This document shows positions 50,440 through 62,548 of a stretch of 64,000 bases of DNA, in pieces. The translations under genes and the position numbers were made by a program. Source of the DNA: Chiloscyllium plagiosum (taxonomy: Eukaryota); NCBI RefSeq assembly GCF_004010195.1, contig NC_057749.1:22602976-22666975 (forward strand). Reading direction: 5' to 3'. Numbering within the stretch: position 1 is the first letter of the stretch; every line of letters starts with the position of its first letter. Under the pieces are notes generated by a model that saw nothing but the letters and a program-made list of their open reading frames with translations, had not been told where the DNA came from and made no database searches.

Positions 50440-51600
50440 CCAACAAATATCTGACAACCTACAAGCTACAATTCTACAAGAGAATGTGGATGCTCTGGCT
50501 ATGATTTTCCACATCCCCCTAGAATTTGGATCAATTGTAGTCATAGAATCAGAGAGATACAGGGCATAGAAACAGACCCTTCGGTCTAACTCATCCATGC
50601 TGACCAGATATCCTAAATTAATCCTAAACTAAGGCCTATATCCCTCTAAACCCTTTCTATTCATATACCCATCCAGGTCCCTTTTAAATGTTGTAATTGT
50701 ACCAGCCTCCACCACTTCCTCTGGCAGCTCATTCCATACACACACCACCCTCTGCATGAAAACGTTGCCCCTTAGGTCCCTTATATATCTTTCCCCTCTC
50801 ACCCTAAACCTATGCCCTCTAGTTTTGATTCCCCATCCAACAGAAAAGACCTTGTCTGTTTATCCTATTCATGCCCCTCATGATTTTGTAAACCTCTGTA
50901 AGGTCATTCCTCAGCCTCCAACACTCCAGGGTAAACAGCCCCAGTCAATTGGAAGTTCGCTCATGTAACACCACCACTCGGGAAAGGAGGGAGAGAGGGA
51001 AAGTGAAACCACGGCCTGAAGTCAGTCATTGAGAAAGTGCTGGAATCTATTATTAGGGAAGTATCTTATCAATCCACCTGGAAAGATCCGAGCATGATCG
51101 GGCACGGTTAATATGGTTTCATGAATGGGAATTCTCATTTTGACAAAGTTTTACAGGTTTTCCTGTGAATGTGACCATGATAAAGGGAAACCAGTGGACG
51201 TGAAATATCCAGTTTTGCAAAAGGCCATGAGTAAGGTGCCACACGAAAGGTATGGAATCATGGATTTAGAGCAATTCAATCGAGCAAATACAAAAATGCA
51301 TGAGTAGGGCATTTTCAAAGCTGTGACTATGAGCAGAGAGGTGCCACAGGGGTCCATGCTAGGGTCTCAGCCACTTACAGCCCATATAAATGATCAGGGA
51401 CAAACACACCGAGAGTAATGCCTCGATGTTTTCCAACGATGTGAAGCTCGGTGGGAATGTAGGCTGTAAGAAGGACTGAGACAGGCAGCAAAAGTGAACA
51501 GACAAGTTAAATGAGTGGGCAACAAGATGGAATATGGAGTTTAATCTGGCAAAACATGAAGTATTCACTCTGGTGGTCAGAACAGCAATGCATAAAGGGC
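50440..51600 (+). mobile_element. Old CR1 RT remnant with a younger reverse CR1 (~50540-50945) nested in it
   Basis: DKGKPVDVKY..QKAMSKVPH, VPQGSMLG; the nested copy shows CR1 3' end motifs. Confidence 0.75.
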
Positions 51601-51624
51601 ATGGGCAGAAAGTCCTGGAGCAAC

Positions 51625-53306
51625 GAGTGGGAAGTGAGTCCCAGAGCATGGCATGGGGAGTGTGTCCCAGAGCAGGGCGTGGGGAGTGAGTCCCGGAGCA
51701 GGGTGTGGGAAGTGAGTCCCAGAGCAGGGCGTGGGGAGTGTGTCCCGGAGCAGGGCTTGGGGAGTGAGTCCCAGAGCATGGCATGGGGAGTGTGTCCCAG
51801 AGCAGGGCGTGGGAAGTGAGTCCCAGAGCATGGCATGGGGAGTGTGTCCCAGAGCAGGGCGTGGGGAGTGTGTCCCAGAGCAGGGCGTGGGGAGTGAGTC
51901 CCAGAGCAGGGCTTGGGGAGTGTGTCCCAGAGCAGGGCGTGGGGAGTGTGTCCCGGAGCACGGCATGGGGAGTGTGTCCCGGAGCAGGGCGTGGGGAGTG
52001 TGTCCCGGAGCAGGGCGTGGGGAGTGTGTCCCAGAGCAGGGCGTGGGGAGTGAGTCCCAGAGCAGGGGGTGGGGAGTGTGTCCCAGAGCAGGGCGTGGGG
52101 AGTGAGTCCCGGAGCAGGGCGTGGGGACTGAGTCCCAGAGCAGGGTGTGGGGAGTATGTCCCAGAGCAGCGCGTGGGGAGTGGGTCCCAGAGCAGGGAGT
52201 GGGGACTGAGTCCCAGAGCAGGGCTTGGGGAGTGAGTCCGGAACAGGGCTTGGGGAGTGAGTCACGGAGCAGGGCATGGGGAGTGGGTCCCAGAGCACGG
52301 CATGGGGACTGTGAAACGGAGCAGGGCGTGGGGAGTGAGTCCCAGAGCAGGGTGTGGTGACTGGGTCCCAGAGCAGCGCGTGGGGAGTGAGTCCCGGAAC
52401 AGGGCATGGGTGTGAGTCCCAGAGCAGGGTGTGGGGACTAAGTCCCAGAGCAGGGCGTGGGGACTGAGTCCAGAACAGGGCATGGGGAGTGTGTCCCAGA
52501 GCAGGGCTTGGGGAGTGTGTCTCGGAGCAGGGCATGGGGAGTGAGTCCTGGAGCAGGGCGTGGGGAGTGTGTCCCAGAGCAGGGCGTGGGGAGTGTGTCC
52601 CAGAGCAGGGCGTGGGGAGTGTGTCCCAGAGCAGGGTGTGGGGAGTAAGTCCCGGAGCACGGCGTGGGGAGCGAGACCCGGGGCACGGCGTGGGGAGTGA
52701 GTCTCAGAGCAGGGCATGGGGAGTGAGTCCCGGAGCAGGGCGTGGAGAGTGAGTGCCGGAGCACGGCGTGGGGAGCGCGACCCGGGTCACGGCGTGGGGA
52801 GTTTGTCCCAGAGCAGGGCGTGGGGACTAAGTCCCAGAGCAGGGCGTGGGGAGTGAGTCCCGGAGCAGGGCGTGGGGAGTGTGTCCCAGAGCAGGGCGTG
52901 GGGACTGAGTCCAGAACAGGGCATGGGGAGTGTGTCCCAGAGCAGGGCTTGGGGAGTGTGTCTCGGAGCAGGGCATGGGGAGTGAGTCCCGCAACGGGGC
53001 ACTGGAAGTGAGTCCCAGAGCAGGGCTTGGGGAGTGAGTCCCAGAGCAGGGCTTGGGGAGTGAGTCCCGGAGCAGGGCTTGGGGAGTGTGTCCCAGAGCA
53101 GGGCTTGGGGAGTGAGTCCTGGAGCAGGGCTTGGGGAGTAAGTCCCGGAGCAGGGCTTGGGGAATGAGTCCCGGAGCAGGGCATGGGGAGTGTATCCCAG
53201 AGCAGGGCTTGGGGAGTGAGTCCCGGAGCACAGCTTGGGGAGTGAATCCCGGAGCAGGGCATGGGGAGTGAATCCCGGAGCAGGGCGTGGGGAGTGAGAC
53301 CCGGAG
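51625..53306. repeat. 26-bp G-rich minisatellite, GAGCAGGGCGTGGGGAGTGTGTCCCA, ~64 units
   Basis: Direct periodicity; explains all ORFs between 51359 and 53388. Confidence 0.97.
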
Positions 53307-53868
53307 CATCAAGTTCCTCGGAGTGACAATAAGCAACAATCTGTCCTGGCCCTCTCACATAGGTATGATGGTGAAGAAGGTACGACAATGCTTCGTCTTC
53401 CTCAGCCGTGTTAGAAAACTCAGCATGTCCATAAAGAACCTCACTAACTTTTACAGATGCACCATAGAAAGCATTCTATCCGGGTACATAACGGCCTGGT
53501 ACAGCAACTGCTCTGCCCTGCACTGTAGGAAACTACAGAAGGTGGTGTGTACAGCCCGGACCATCCATGAACCTTCCATCCATGGACTCCATTTACACGG
53601 CTTGTTGCCACGGTAAAGCTGTCAACATCATCAAAGACCCCTCCCACACACGCCTGAACACGCACCAACAAGTTCCAGAACAGCTTCTTCCCAGTCGTTA
53701 TTAGACTGCCAAATGGACCTGTCGAACTTCAAACCTTATTTTGACCTTGCTTTGTACACCTTCTGTGCAGCTATACTCCTCGCTCTGTCTAAGCACCCTA
53801 TGATCTGCCTGTACTGTCGCAAATCCAAACTTTTCACCGTACTTAGGTACAATAAATCAAATCAAATC
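53303..53868 (+). mobile_element. Rex1/Babar-type LINE 3' part
   Basis: SIKFLGVTISNNLSW..VKKVRQ..FYRCTIESILSGYITAWYSNCS; (AAATC)n tail. Confidence 0.85.
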
Positions 53869-54149
53869 TCATGTTAAGATTCTGTAACACAGTCACAGAA
53901 AGGTAACTGGGTCCTCTCCAGAATCGAGGGAAAATGTGAAATTTTCAATTCATTGTAAGCAATAACATCAAGACTTCCCCAACTCTCCAAAATGCTACAA
54001 ACCACACAGAGCGACAACAAAATCAATTCTAGAAGCAAGAACTCAGCAAGCCACCTAATGTGAGGATAGTGTCTCTTCAGAAATGAAACATATGAGCAAA
54101 ACCTTTATCCTAATTATGCACATGCGTTTCTATTCAGGCAGCATTCATT

Positions 54150-54610
54150 GAGTCATAGAGATGGACAACATGGAAACAGATCCTTCTGTCCAACTCGTCC
54201 ATGCCGACTAGATATCCTAAATTAATCTCATCCCATTAACCAGCATTTGGCCCATATCCCTCTTAACCCTTCCTATTCATATACCCATCCAGATGCCGGT
54301 TAAATGTTGTCATTGTACCAGCCTCGTCCCTTCGATCCTTTTAAATCTTTCTCTTCTCACTCTAAACCTATGCCCTCTAGTATCGGAGCCTTGCTACCCA
54401 GGGAAAAGACCTTGTCTATTCACCCTGTATATGCCTCTCATGATTTTAGAAACCTCTATAAGGTCACCCCTCAGCCTCTGACACTCCGGGGAAAACAGCC
54501 ACAGCCTTTTCAGTCTCTCCCAATAGCTCAGATCCTCCAACTCTGGCAAAAATCCTTGTCAATCTTTTCTGAACCCTTTCAAGTCTCACAACATCCTTCC
54601 TGTAAGCAGG
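54150..54610 (-). mobile_element. CR1 3' fragment
   Basis: YRKDVVRLERVQKRLTR and 3' UTR. Confidence 0.85.
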
Positions 54611-54819
54611 GATCCGCAAGTCTGTGTATCTTTTCTGTTGTGCGAGCATGTCTGATCTGAGATTAAAAGACCATATAATTTTAATCCCATACTATACTTG
54701 GGAGTTAACCAGTCTTTTTAAGAAATTAGTTATTTTTGAGTTTATTGAAGAAAGCCAGTGAAGGTATCTTTTATTCTGGATAGCAGTAAAAAATGAACTT
54801 GCGTGGTCATTTGGGGATT

Positions 54820-55775
54820 AACAGAGTCGCTACAGTGTGGAAACAGGCCATTCGGCCCAAACGTTCACACTGATCCTCTGAAGATTAACCGACCCAGACC
54901 CATTCCCCTACCTTATTACTCTACATTTACCCCTTACTAATGCAGCTAACCTACACATCCCTGTTCATTATGGGAAATTTAGCTTGGCCAATGCACCCTA
55001 ACTTGCACATCTTTGGACTAAATATTCCTGGTATTATTTTTTACCACAGATCATTAAAAAAAATCAACAGGTGGTTTGCACCAGTACCTGTCGAAACACA
55101 GAGCATCAGTACACAACACTGACTCGTTTCAGCTGAAGATACAGTCACACTATTTTTGCTCTCTGCAGAGGAAATCACTTCACGCAAAATACAAGTTGTT
55201 GTGTTCAGCCAGCTTTCATTTATTTAACAAAGATATTCCACCACTTACTGACTGAAGACGTAGCTACCACAGGGTCTAATAGTACTTGCTCAACATTTCA
55301 GTCAACCATTCGATCACCAAGTGCACCGTAAGGTTAAAAATCACACGCCGAGTCCGTGAGCATGTTCAGAGTGTACAATCAGTGGCATTTACTAATCAGA
55401 AATACAATTCACTCCATCTGATTTGCAGTTTGCTACACATGGATAGCATGTTATTAGCATTCAGTGTTAACACTGGGACCTCTCCAATCCCCAGTAGACA
55501 GCCAGTACAAAGAATCACAGAATCACTACTATTCAGAAGCAGCCCATTTTGCCCATTGAGTCCATGCTGACCCTCTGAACAGCATCACACCGAGACCCAC
55601 TCCTACTCAACCCTATCCCTGTAACCCTGCATTTCCTGTGGTTAATCCACCCAACCTAGATATCTCTGGACACTTTAGCATGGCCAATCCACCCTTACCT
55701 GTACATCTTTGGACTGTGGGAGGAAACCCATCCAGACACGGGGAGAACCTGCAAACTCCACACAGACAATCAACC
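54820..55775 (-). mobile_element. Two partial HE1 copies (~54820-55018 and ~55510-55775) separated by unique DNA
   Basis: HE1 3' halves on minus. Confidence 0.7.
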
Positions 55776-55936
55776 TTGTGTAACTACATATGGTTGCCAC
55801 TCGGATACACTGAATAGTCAGTCTCTAGCTTCCACCATTCCATCCCTACTCCCCACTCTCTCCCCCCACAGCACGTGCCTTGCCACCAGGGTAAAGTTGG
55901 TCCCAGAAAGACTGAACAAGGTGAGCATCTACTTAC

Positions 55937-55966
55937 ATGTGTGCGTCTTCTTTGTGACTGAAATAC
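55937..55966 (-). CDS. RORA: 30-nt internal exon (phase 1-1) of ROR long isoform, (G)ISVTKKTHT(S)
   Basis: cgctttctttctcttgcag|GTATTTCAGTCACAAAGAAGACGCACACAT|gtaagt. Peptide matches the recalled human RORalpha1 sequence [23 protein letters not shown]; KKTHT is also in RORgamma1. Confidence 0.9.
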
Positions 55967-56059
55967 CTGCAAGAGAAAGAAAGCGATGGGTGAGTGCGTT
56001 ACTTCCACTGAGAAGATGTTCCCTATTGCTGACTGGTGTGTAGCTTGCTCTGAATTCCA

Positions 56060-56372
56060 ACACTGAGGGAGTGACAAAATGACAGGGATGCCATCTTTCA
56101 GTGAAGGTATCAAACCAAGGTCTCGGCTGCCCTTTCAGGTGTAAGATTTCACGGCATTATTTTGCAAAAGATTGGCACAAGTGGCTTGTGTTTCCTATTA
56201 ATCGTTCAACCAGCATCACATAAACAGAACTTTTGCCCTCACTTTGCCAGTACCTCGCTGTGAATGAACTGACTGCCCTCTTCCTCCATTACAACAATGT
56301 GGAAGTTTTCCATTATCTGCAAAGCACATTAGGAGGTCTGGAGTTTGTGAAAAGCACTATCTAAATGCAAGT
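56060..56372 (+). mobile_element. Ancient Deu-domain SINE (SacSINE1/AmnSINE1-like)
   Basis: GATGCCATCTTTCAG..AAACCAAGGTCTCGGCTGCCCTTTCAGGT..CATTACAACA..AAAAGCACTATCTAAATGCAAGT resembles the recalled Deu-SINE core and tail. Confidence 0.6.
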
Positions 56373-56611
56373 CATAATGATCAATGGGACAATTGGGAAT
56401 GGGAGCTGGGAAGGGAGGTTGGGCTGTTTAATGTTGCTGAATATTGTAAAATTGACAACTTCCTGCTCCATCTCCAGTCTTGACATGCCCGGCTGAGAAG
56501 GATGAGCTCGGTACAACAATAATTTGCATTTTTACAGCACCTTTAACATATAGAAAAAGAAAACAAACTATGAAGGAGTCTCAGATGTTTGGGTTACTTT
56601 CCAGTACAGCA

Positions 56612-57184
56612 GAAACTTTGTACAGCATGACAAGTTTTGAGAAGGTTTGTAGCTCAGGTGTAGGTTCTGGATGTAGGTTTGCTCGCTGAGCTGGAAGGGC
56701 CATTTTCAGATGTTTCATCACCATACTAGGTAACATCATCAGTGAGCCTCTGGATGAAGCACATGTGGTGTACCCGCGTTCTATTGATATTTTGCATTTC
56801 CTTGGGTTGGTGATGTCATTACCTGTGGTGACATCATTTCCTATGGTGTTGTCATTTCCTGTTCTTTTTCTCAATGGGTTGGTAAATGGGAGCCAAGTCA
56901 ATTTGCTGATAGAGATGGAGTTGATAGAGACAACATATCCATCCTAGGACAAGCCAAACATAGATATGCACGAGAATTCCTAGAAGCATGGCATTCCAAC
57001 TGTGACTCTATCACAAATACATTTACTTGGATCCCATTTACCAACCCCGAAAAAAGAATAGGAAATGGCATCACCATAGGAAATGATGTCACCATAGGAA
57101 ATGACATCACCAACCCAAGAAAACCCAAACATATAAACAGAAAGTGGGCTACACCACCAATACTTCAGCCGGAGGCTCACTGAA
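56612..57184. mobile_element. Penelope/Poseidon element end: GIY-YIG C-terminus (+, ~56930-57050) with inverted pLTR (-, 56612-56905)
   Basis: SILGQAKHRYAREFLEAWHSN; inverted copies of the GGAAATGACATCACCA-repeat region. Confidence 0.85.
56706..56745 (-). ncRNA. Hammerhead ribozyme motif of the Penelope pLTR (two CpG-type decays)
   Basis: TCA-CTGATGA-T-GTTACC-TAGTAT-GGTGAT-GAAAC-ATC^TGA; stem I TCA/TGA, 6-bp stem II. Confidence 0.65.
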
Positions 57185-57954
57185 GTTTGTACAGGATGTT
57201 CTATACTATATCAATTTCACAATTTGATTAAAAGCAGTCAGACCTTTTGAGAAGACACCCAATGCTTTGTATTCGGGCAAGTGCCCGATATTTACAGTGA
57301 TTGGAACAATGGATGGAGTCATGCTGCTAACCCCTGTGATGGGTTTGGTGGCAAGGGAAGACATTTGGGAGGCTAGTTGCGGAGACGCTATGTTGCTGAT
57401 TCAGTCGCCGTGGCCATGGGGAGTTGAGGCCCTCACACGTGCCTCATTCTGAGGCTGTTAGTGTTCACCAGACACTGGGCACAGGTCCACCATATGGACA
57501 CCCTGACCTAGTGCCTGAAAGGAAGACTCAGCGTCGGCAGGTAGGTGTCCGCTGCCTGCCTGCCTGCCTCCTGGTTTGGCTGTTGAACCTCCCCCCTTGG
57601 ACCTTCACCTCACGACCAGCTCGCCCACCAGCACTGACCTCTAGCCTGGGATCCAGAACTGACCTCCGGCCACTGGTCGGTGCTGGTTAATATAGAGCTT
57701 CAACTTCAAAGTATTTATGTCTGCCATTTTTCCTGTATCCCCCTCCCCAAACTCCCAGACCTCAAGACCTGTATTTTTTGTGCCTTGTTTACTTTGTTCT
57801 CAGTAGAAAGGACCCATTCTCTCCCTTTCACCCTAATTTACATCCATTTTACATCTTTAGTTCTTTCTTACAAAAATTAACAACTCTTTTGTCTTTTGCT
57901 CCGTGCATCCACACTATATGTTCTCCTCACTCCTCCTGCACATTTCTCTTAGAA

Positions 57955-58485
57955 ACGTAGAGAATAGGAGCAGCAGGAGGCCATTCAGCCCATCAAGCCT
58001 GCTCCACCATTTAACATGATCATGGATGATCATCCAACTCAGTCCCTTTTGTCCCATTTTCCCTAAGATGCTTTGATGCTTTCAGCTCTCAGAACTCTAT
58101 AAATCTTTCTTTAACACATTGTTTGCTTGGCCTCAACCACTCTCTGTGGCAGAGAATTCCACAGGCTCACCTCTCTCAGGATGAAGAAATTTCTCTTCAT
58201 CTCAGTCCCAAATGATCGACACCATATCCTTAGACTGTGACCCCTGGTTCTGGACTCCCTGGTCATTTGGAAGATCCTTCCTGTATTGACCCTATCTAGT
58301 CCTGTTAGAATGTATTTGCCAAAACCACAATTTTTCGACCCCTTTCAGCTCTGAAGAAGAGTCATACCTGACTCAAAAGGTTAATCCTGCTTTCTCTCCA
58401 CAGCTCTGCCAGGTCTATTGAGTTTCTCCAGCATTCCCAGTGCCTGTTTCAGATCTCCATCATCTGCAGTGTTTTAGCTTTCTTG
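57955..58485. mobile_element. CR1 3' end (-, ~57955-58310) and a pLTR with decayed hammerhead (+, ~58345-58485)
   Basis: WNSLPQR motif on minus; CTGAAGA-AGAGTCA-TACC-TGACTC-AAAAG. Confidence 0.65.
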
Positions 58486-58896
58486 CTCAATAGAGCTGAT
58501 GGCCTCTGATTAGCTGGAGAATGGGATTTCTGTGCCTTCCCCACCTTCCCTGGGACTCTTGGTCCTGCATTGGGTCGAGTCCAGCATTGACCTGCTAAGG
58601 GTTCGAGGGAACCTTATGCAGTGAGGTCTTCCCTAAAGAGGGAACATGTGACTCCTGTCACTACCATAGCGGCTGACCAAGACTCCCATCACCTCCACAA
58701 CATTCTGCATGCGAGAAAGGCAAAAGCCGAGAGTCTCCCATCTCCCTGCGTCTGGCCAGAGTTCAACTTGCCACAATGAAAAGCAATGAATAGAAACTGG
58801 GGAGAGTATCTCAAACTCAGGAGAGAGGCAAAGGCTGGAATAAGGAAGGCTGAGAGGAAGAATGAGTAAAAGAAGGCAGGCTGTGCTGAAACAAAG

Positions 58897-59255
58897 GGTG
58901 GCACGGTGGCTCAGTGGTTAGCACTGCAGCCTCACAATGCCAGGGGCCTGGGTTCGATTCCAGCCTCGGGTGACTGTCTGTGTGGAGTTTGCACATTCTC
59001 CCCGTGTCTGCGTGGGCTTCCTCTGGGTACTCCGGTTTCCTCCCACAATGCAAAAATGTGCAGGCTAGATGGATTGGCCAGGCTAAATTGTCCATAGCAT
59101 TCAAGGATGTGTAAGTTAGGTGGATTGGCCAGGCTAAATTGCCCACAGTGTTAGGTGCATTAGTCAGAGGGAAATGGGTCTGGGTAGGTTACTCTTTGGA
59201 GGGTCAGTGAGGACTTGTTGGGCCAAAGTTTCCGCACTGTAGGGGATCTAATCTA
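58897..59255 (+). mobile_element. HE1 V-SINE with an internal tandem duplication
   Basis: A/B boxes; GGATTGGCCAGGCTAAATTG occurs twice. Confidence 0.85.
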
Positions 59256-61600
59256 AATGGGAAAATGTTCTTCAAATATATTAGCAAAAGAGATGAGTGA
59301 AGGATAGAGTAGGGCCCATAAGGAACATGCAAGGTAAACTGCTCACTGTAGGAGAAGACATGATAAAAGTACTAAATTAATATTTTGCCTCTGGCTTTAC
59401 CAAATTGGAAGATGGTGACAATGGCCCAATTGAAAATGTGGGTGCTAAGCAACTGAGCAGTGAGTGAGAGATAAGGAAGAGAAGCTAAACAGGTTGGTAG
59501 CACTATCGGTGGAGAAGTCACCACAGTCAGATGGGGTGCATCTAGATTGCTGAGAGAGTTAAGGGAGCAAATTGCGGAGCCATTGACAGAAATTTTCCAG
59601 GCCTCTCTGATCATAGGATTAGTCCCAGAGGACTGGACGATTGCAAATGTGATGCAGTTGTTTCAGAAAGGAGCAGAGGATAACCCAGGAGCTTTCAACT
59701 TGATATCAGTGATGGAAAAGCTGATGGACGTCATTATTCAAGATAAGATAAATATACACATGGAGAAAAATAAGTTAGAAGTAGACATTCAACATGGCTT
59801 TGTCAAGCGCAGATCATGCCTGACAACTTTTGGCGGTACGACAGCTCAGTGGTTAGTACTGCTGCCTTACAGCGCCAGGGACCCGGGTTCGATTCCAACT
59901 TCAGCCAACTGTCTGTGTGGAGTTTGCACATGATCTTAGCATCTGCGTGGGTTTCCTTCTGGTGCTCCGGTTTCCTCCCACAGTCCAAAGATGTGCAGGT
60001 CAGGTGGAGTGGCCATTGGAAATACAGGGTTACAGCGATTGGGTCTGGATGGGATGCTCTTCAGAGGGTCAGTGTGGACTTGATGGGTCAAATGGTCTGC
60101 TTTCATACTGAAGGGATCCTATAATTCCATGAAATTTAATTGAATTATTTGATGAGGTGACAAAGAGAGTAGATGAGGGTAGTGCTGTGGATGTTGTATA
60201 TTTGGACTTTCAGAAAATAGTGCCACATGGCAGGTTGGTTAACAAATTTAAAATGTTTGGGATTGATAGCTCATTGGCAGCATGAATTAGAAGTTAGTTA
60301 AAAGATCAAGAGCAGATATAGATGGGCATTTCTCAGGTTAGAGGTGAGTTGAAAGTGGTGTTCCTCAGGGATTAATGTTCGGACTCTTGTTTTTCCTGAT
60401 TGAAATAAATGATTTGGAGATGGGTGTAAAGGGCAATATCTTGTAATTTGTGTGTGATACTAAGCTAGGGAGAATAGTGAATTGTGAGGACGATATTGAG
60501 CAGCTTCAGAGAGACATTGACAGGTTGGCCAAATGGGCAGCATCAGGCAGATAAATTTCAATGCAGAGAGATGTGAGGTAATGCAGTTTGGTAAAAGAAA
60601 CATAGAGAGATAATCCAGGCTCCATGGTACAACTTTGAAGGGCGTATAGGAGCAGAGGGACTTTGAGGTTCATGTGCATGATTCAGTGAAACTGGCCATG
60701 CAAGTTGAAACAGTAGTTAATAAGCCTCATAGGATCCTAGTGTTTATAAATAGAGGCAAAGAGTATAAAAGCCAGGAAGTGATGCTACACATTGACAAAT
60801 CATTGGTCAGACTACATTTGGAGTATTGTGTTTAGTTTAGATTCCGTACAGTGTTGAAACAGGCCCTTCGGCCCAACAAGTCCACACCGACCCTCCAAAG
60901 AGTAACTCACCCAGACCCATTTCCCTCTGACTAATGCACCTAGCACTATGGACAATTTAGCATGGCTAATTCACCTGGCCTGCACATCTTTGGACTGTGG
61001 GAGGAAAGCAGAGCAAACCCGACAGTCACCCGAGGCTGGAATCGGACCCAGGTCCCTAATGCTATGAGGCAGCAGTGCTAACCACTGAGTCACCGGGCCG
61101 CTGTGTGGGCACCTTATATCAGAAAGGATGTTAAAGCCCTGGAGAGAATTTAAAGGAGATTTATTAGACTGACACAAGAAATTATAAATAAAGGAAAGTT
61201 TAGACAGATTGGGCTTATTCTTCATGGAGCAGTGAAGATTAAGAGGTGACTTTATTGAGGTGTTCAAAGTTCTGAACATTTTTTGATGGAATAAAGAAGG
61301 ATATTTTGGTCCCACTGGTTGCTACGTCAGTAACTAGGGGTCACAATTTCAGGATTGTCAGCAAGAGAGCTCTTAGTGAGATGAGGAGAAATTCCTTCAC
61401 TTGTTAGGATTTAGAATGTGCTGCCTGGGAGAGTGGGGAAGAGGAATTCCAGAGGAGGTTTCAAAAGAGCTGGATACATATTTGAAAGGGATGAACTTAG
61501 AAGGCTTGGAGATAGGGCTGGAGAGTGGGACCAGCTGGTTAGCTCTCATGGGAGCTAGCACAAACATGATGGGTCAAATGGCCTCCTTCTGTAGTGCAAC
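59256..61600 (+). mobile_element. Long decayed CR1 ORF2 with HE1 insertions (+ ~59832-60130; - ~60835-61097)
   Basis: LLRELREQIAEPL..VPEDWTIANV..QHGFVKRRSCLT|SINE|..YLDFQK..VPQG..TRGH. Confidence 0.85.
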
Positions 61601-62001
61601 GTTCTCCAAAGTATGTTGGAGAATATTACATGTGAAGCTTCCCTGCTATTCACAAGGGATTGAAACATAATTGGTCAAATTTTATGTCAAATTTTAAATT
61701 TAATGTCAATCCCCTTGTTTGTGCACCTTCTCTGCAGCTGTAACATTGTCTTCCAGGTTCTATTACCCGATGCACTTTGTATGGTATGATCTGCCTGTAC
61801 TGCACGCAAAACAAAACCTTTCACTGTACCTAGGTACATGCCACAATATCAAGTCAAATCAAATAAAAAAAAAGTTAAGATATGCTCACTGTCTGAAAGG
61901 AAATAGTGAGTGGATTCATCAAAGTGGAAAATACGGCCACTAATTGAGGTCCCAAAGAAAGGGGTTACACCTGAAAAGTCGATTTCTCCACCTCAGGATG
62001 C

Positions 62002-62548
62002 AGAGTACTGGGCTAATGTTAAGATTCTTGGCAGTGTAGATGAGCAGAGAGATCTCAGTGTCCATGTGCATAGATCCCTGACAGTTGCCACGCAGATTGA
62101 TATTGCCATATTGCCTGATATGGAGGGAAGGTCTTATGAGGAAAGGCTGTGGGACATGAGGCTGTTTTCATTAGAGAAAAGAAGGTTGAGAGGTGACTTA
62201 ATTGAGACGTACATGATAATCAGAGAGTTAGATAAGGTAGACAGTGAGAGGCTTTTTCCTCCAATGGTAATGGCTAGCACTAGGGGACATAGCTTTAAAT
62301 TGAGGGGTGATACATATAGGACAGATGTCAGAGGTAGTTTCTTTACTCAGATTAGTAGGGGCATGGAAGACACTGCCTGCAACAGTACTAGACTTGCCAA
62401 CTTTATGGGCATTTAGATGGTCATTGGATAAACAAATGGATGAAAATGGAATAGTGTAGGATAGATAGACTTCAGATTGGTTCCTCAGGTCGGTGCAACA
62501 TGGAGAGCTGCAGGGCCTGTACTGCGCTGAAACGTTCTATGTTCTATG
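62002..62548 (+). mobile_element. CR1 3' fragment inserted into a Penelope pLTR (61950-62001 / 62549-62625)
   Basis: LFSLEKRRLRGDLIETY..TRGHSFKL; (TTCTATG)n tail; pLTR resumes at TCCTGATGCTGCC. Confidence 0.8.

Noticed and set aside
51359..53388. Pro/Cys/His-rich ORFs up to 342 aa
   Set aside because: Translations of the 26-bp minisatellite in many frames on both strands.
1945..61097. tRNA genes suggested by A/B boxes; recurrent AQWLALLPHSARD ORFs
   Set aside because: These are tRNA-derived SINE heads with SINE bodies and tails, not cloverleaf tRNA genes or proteins.
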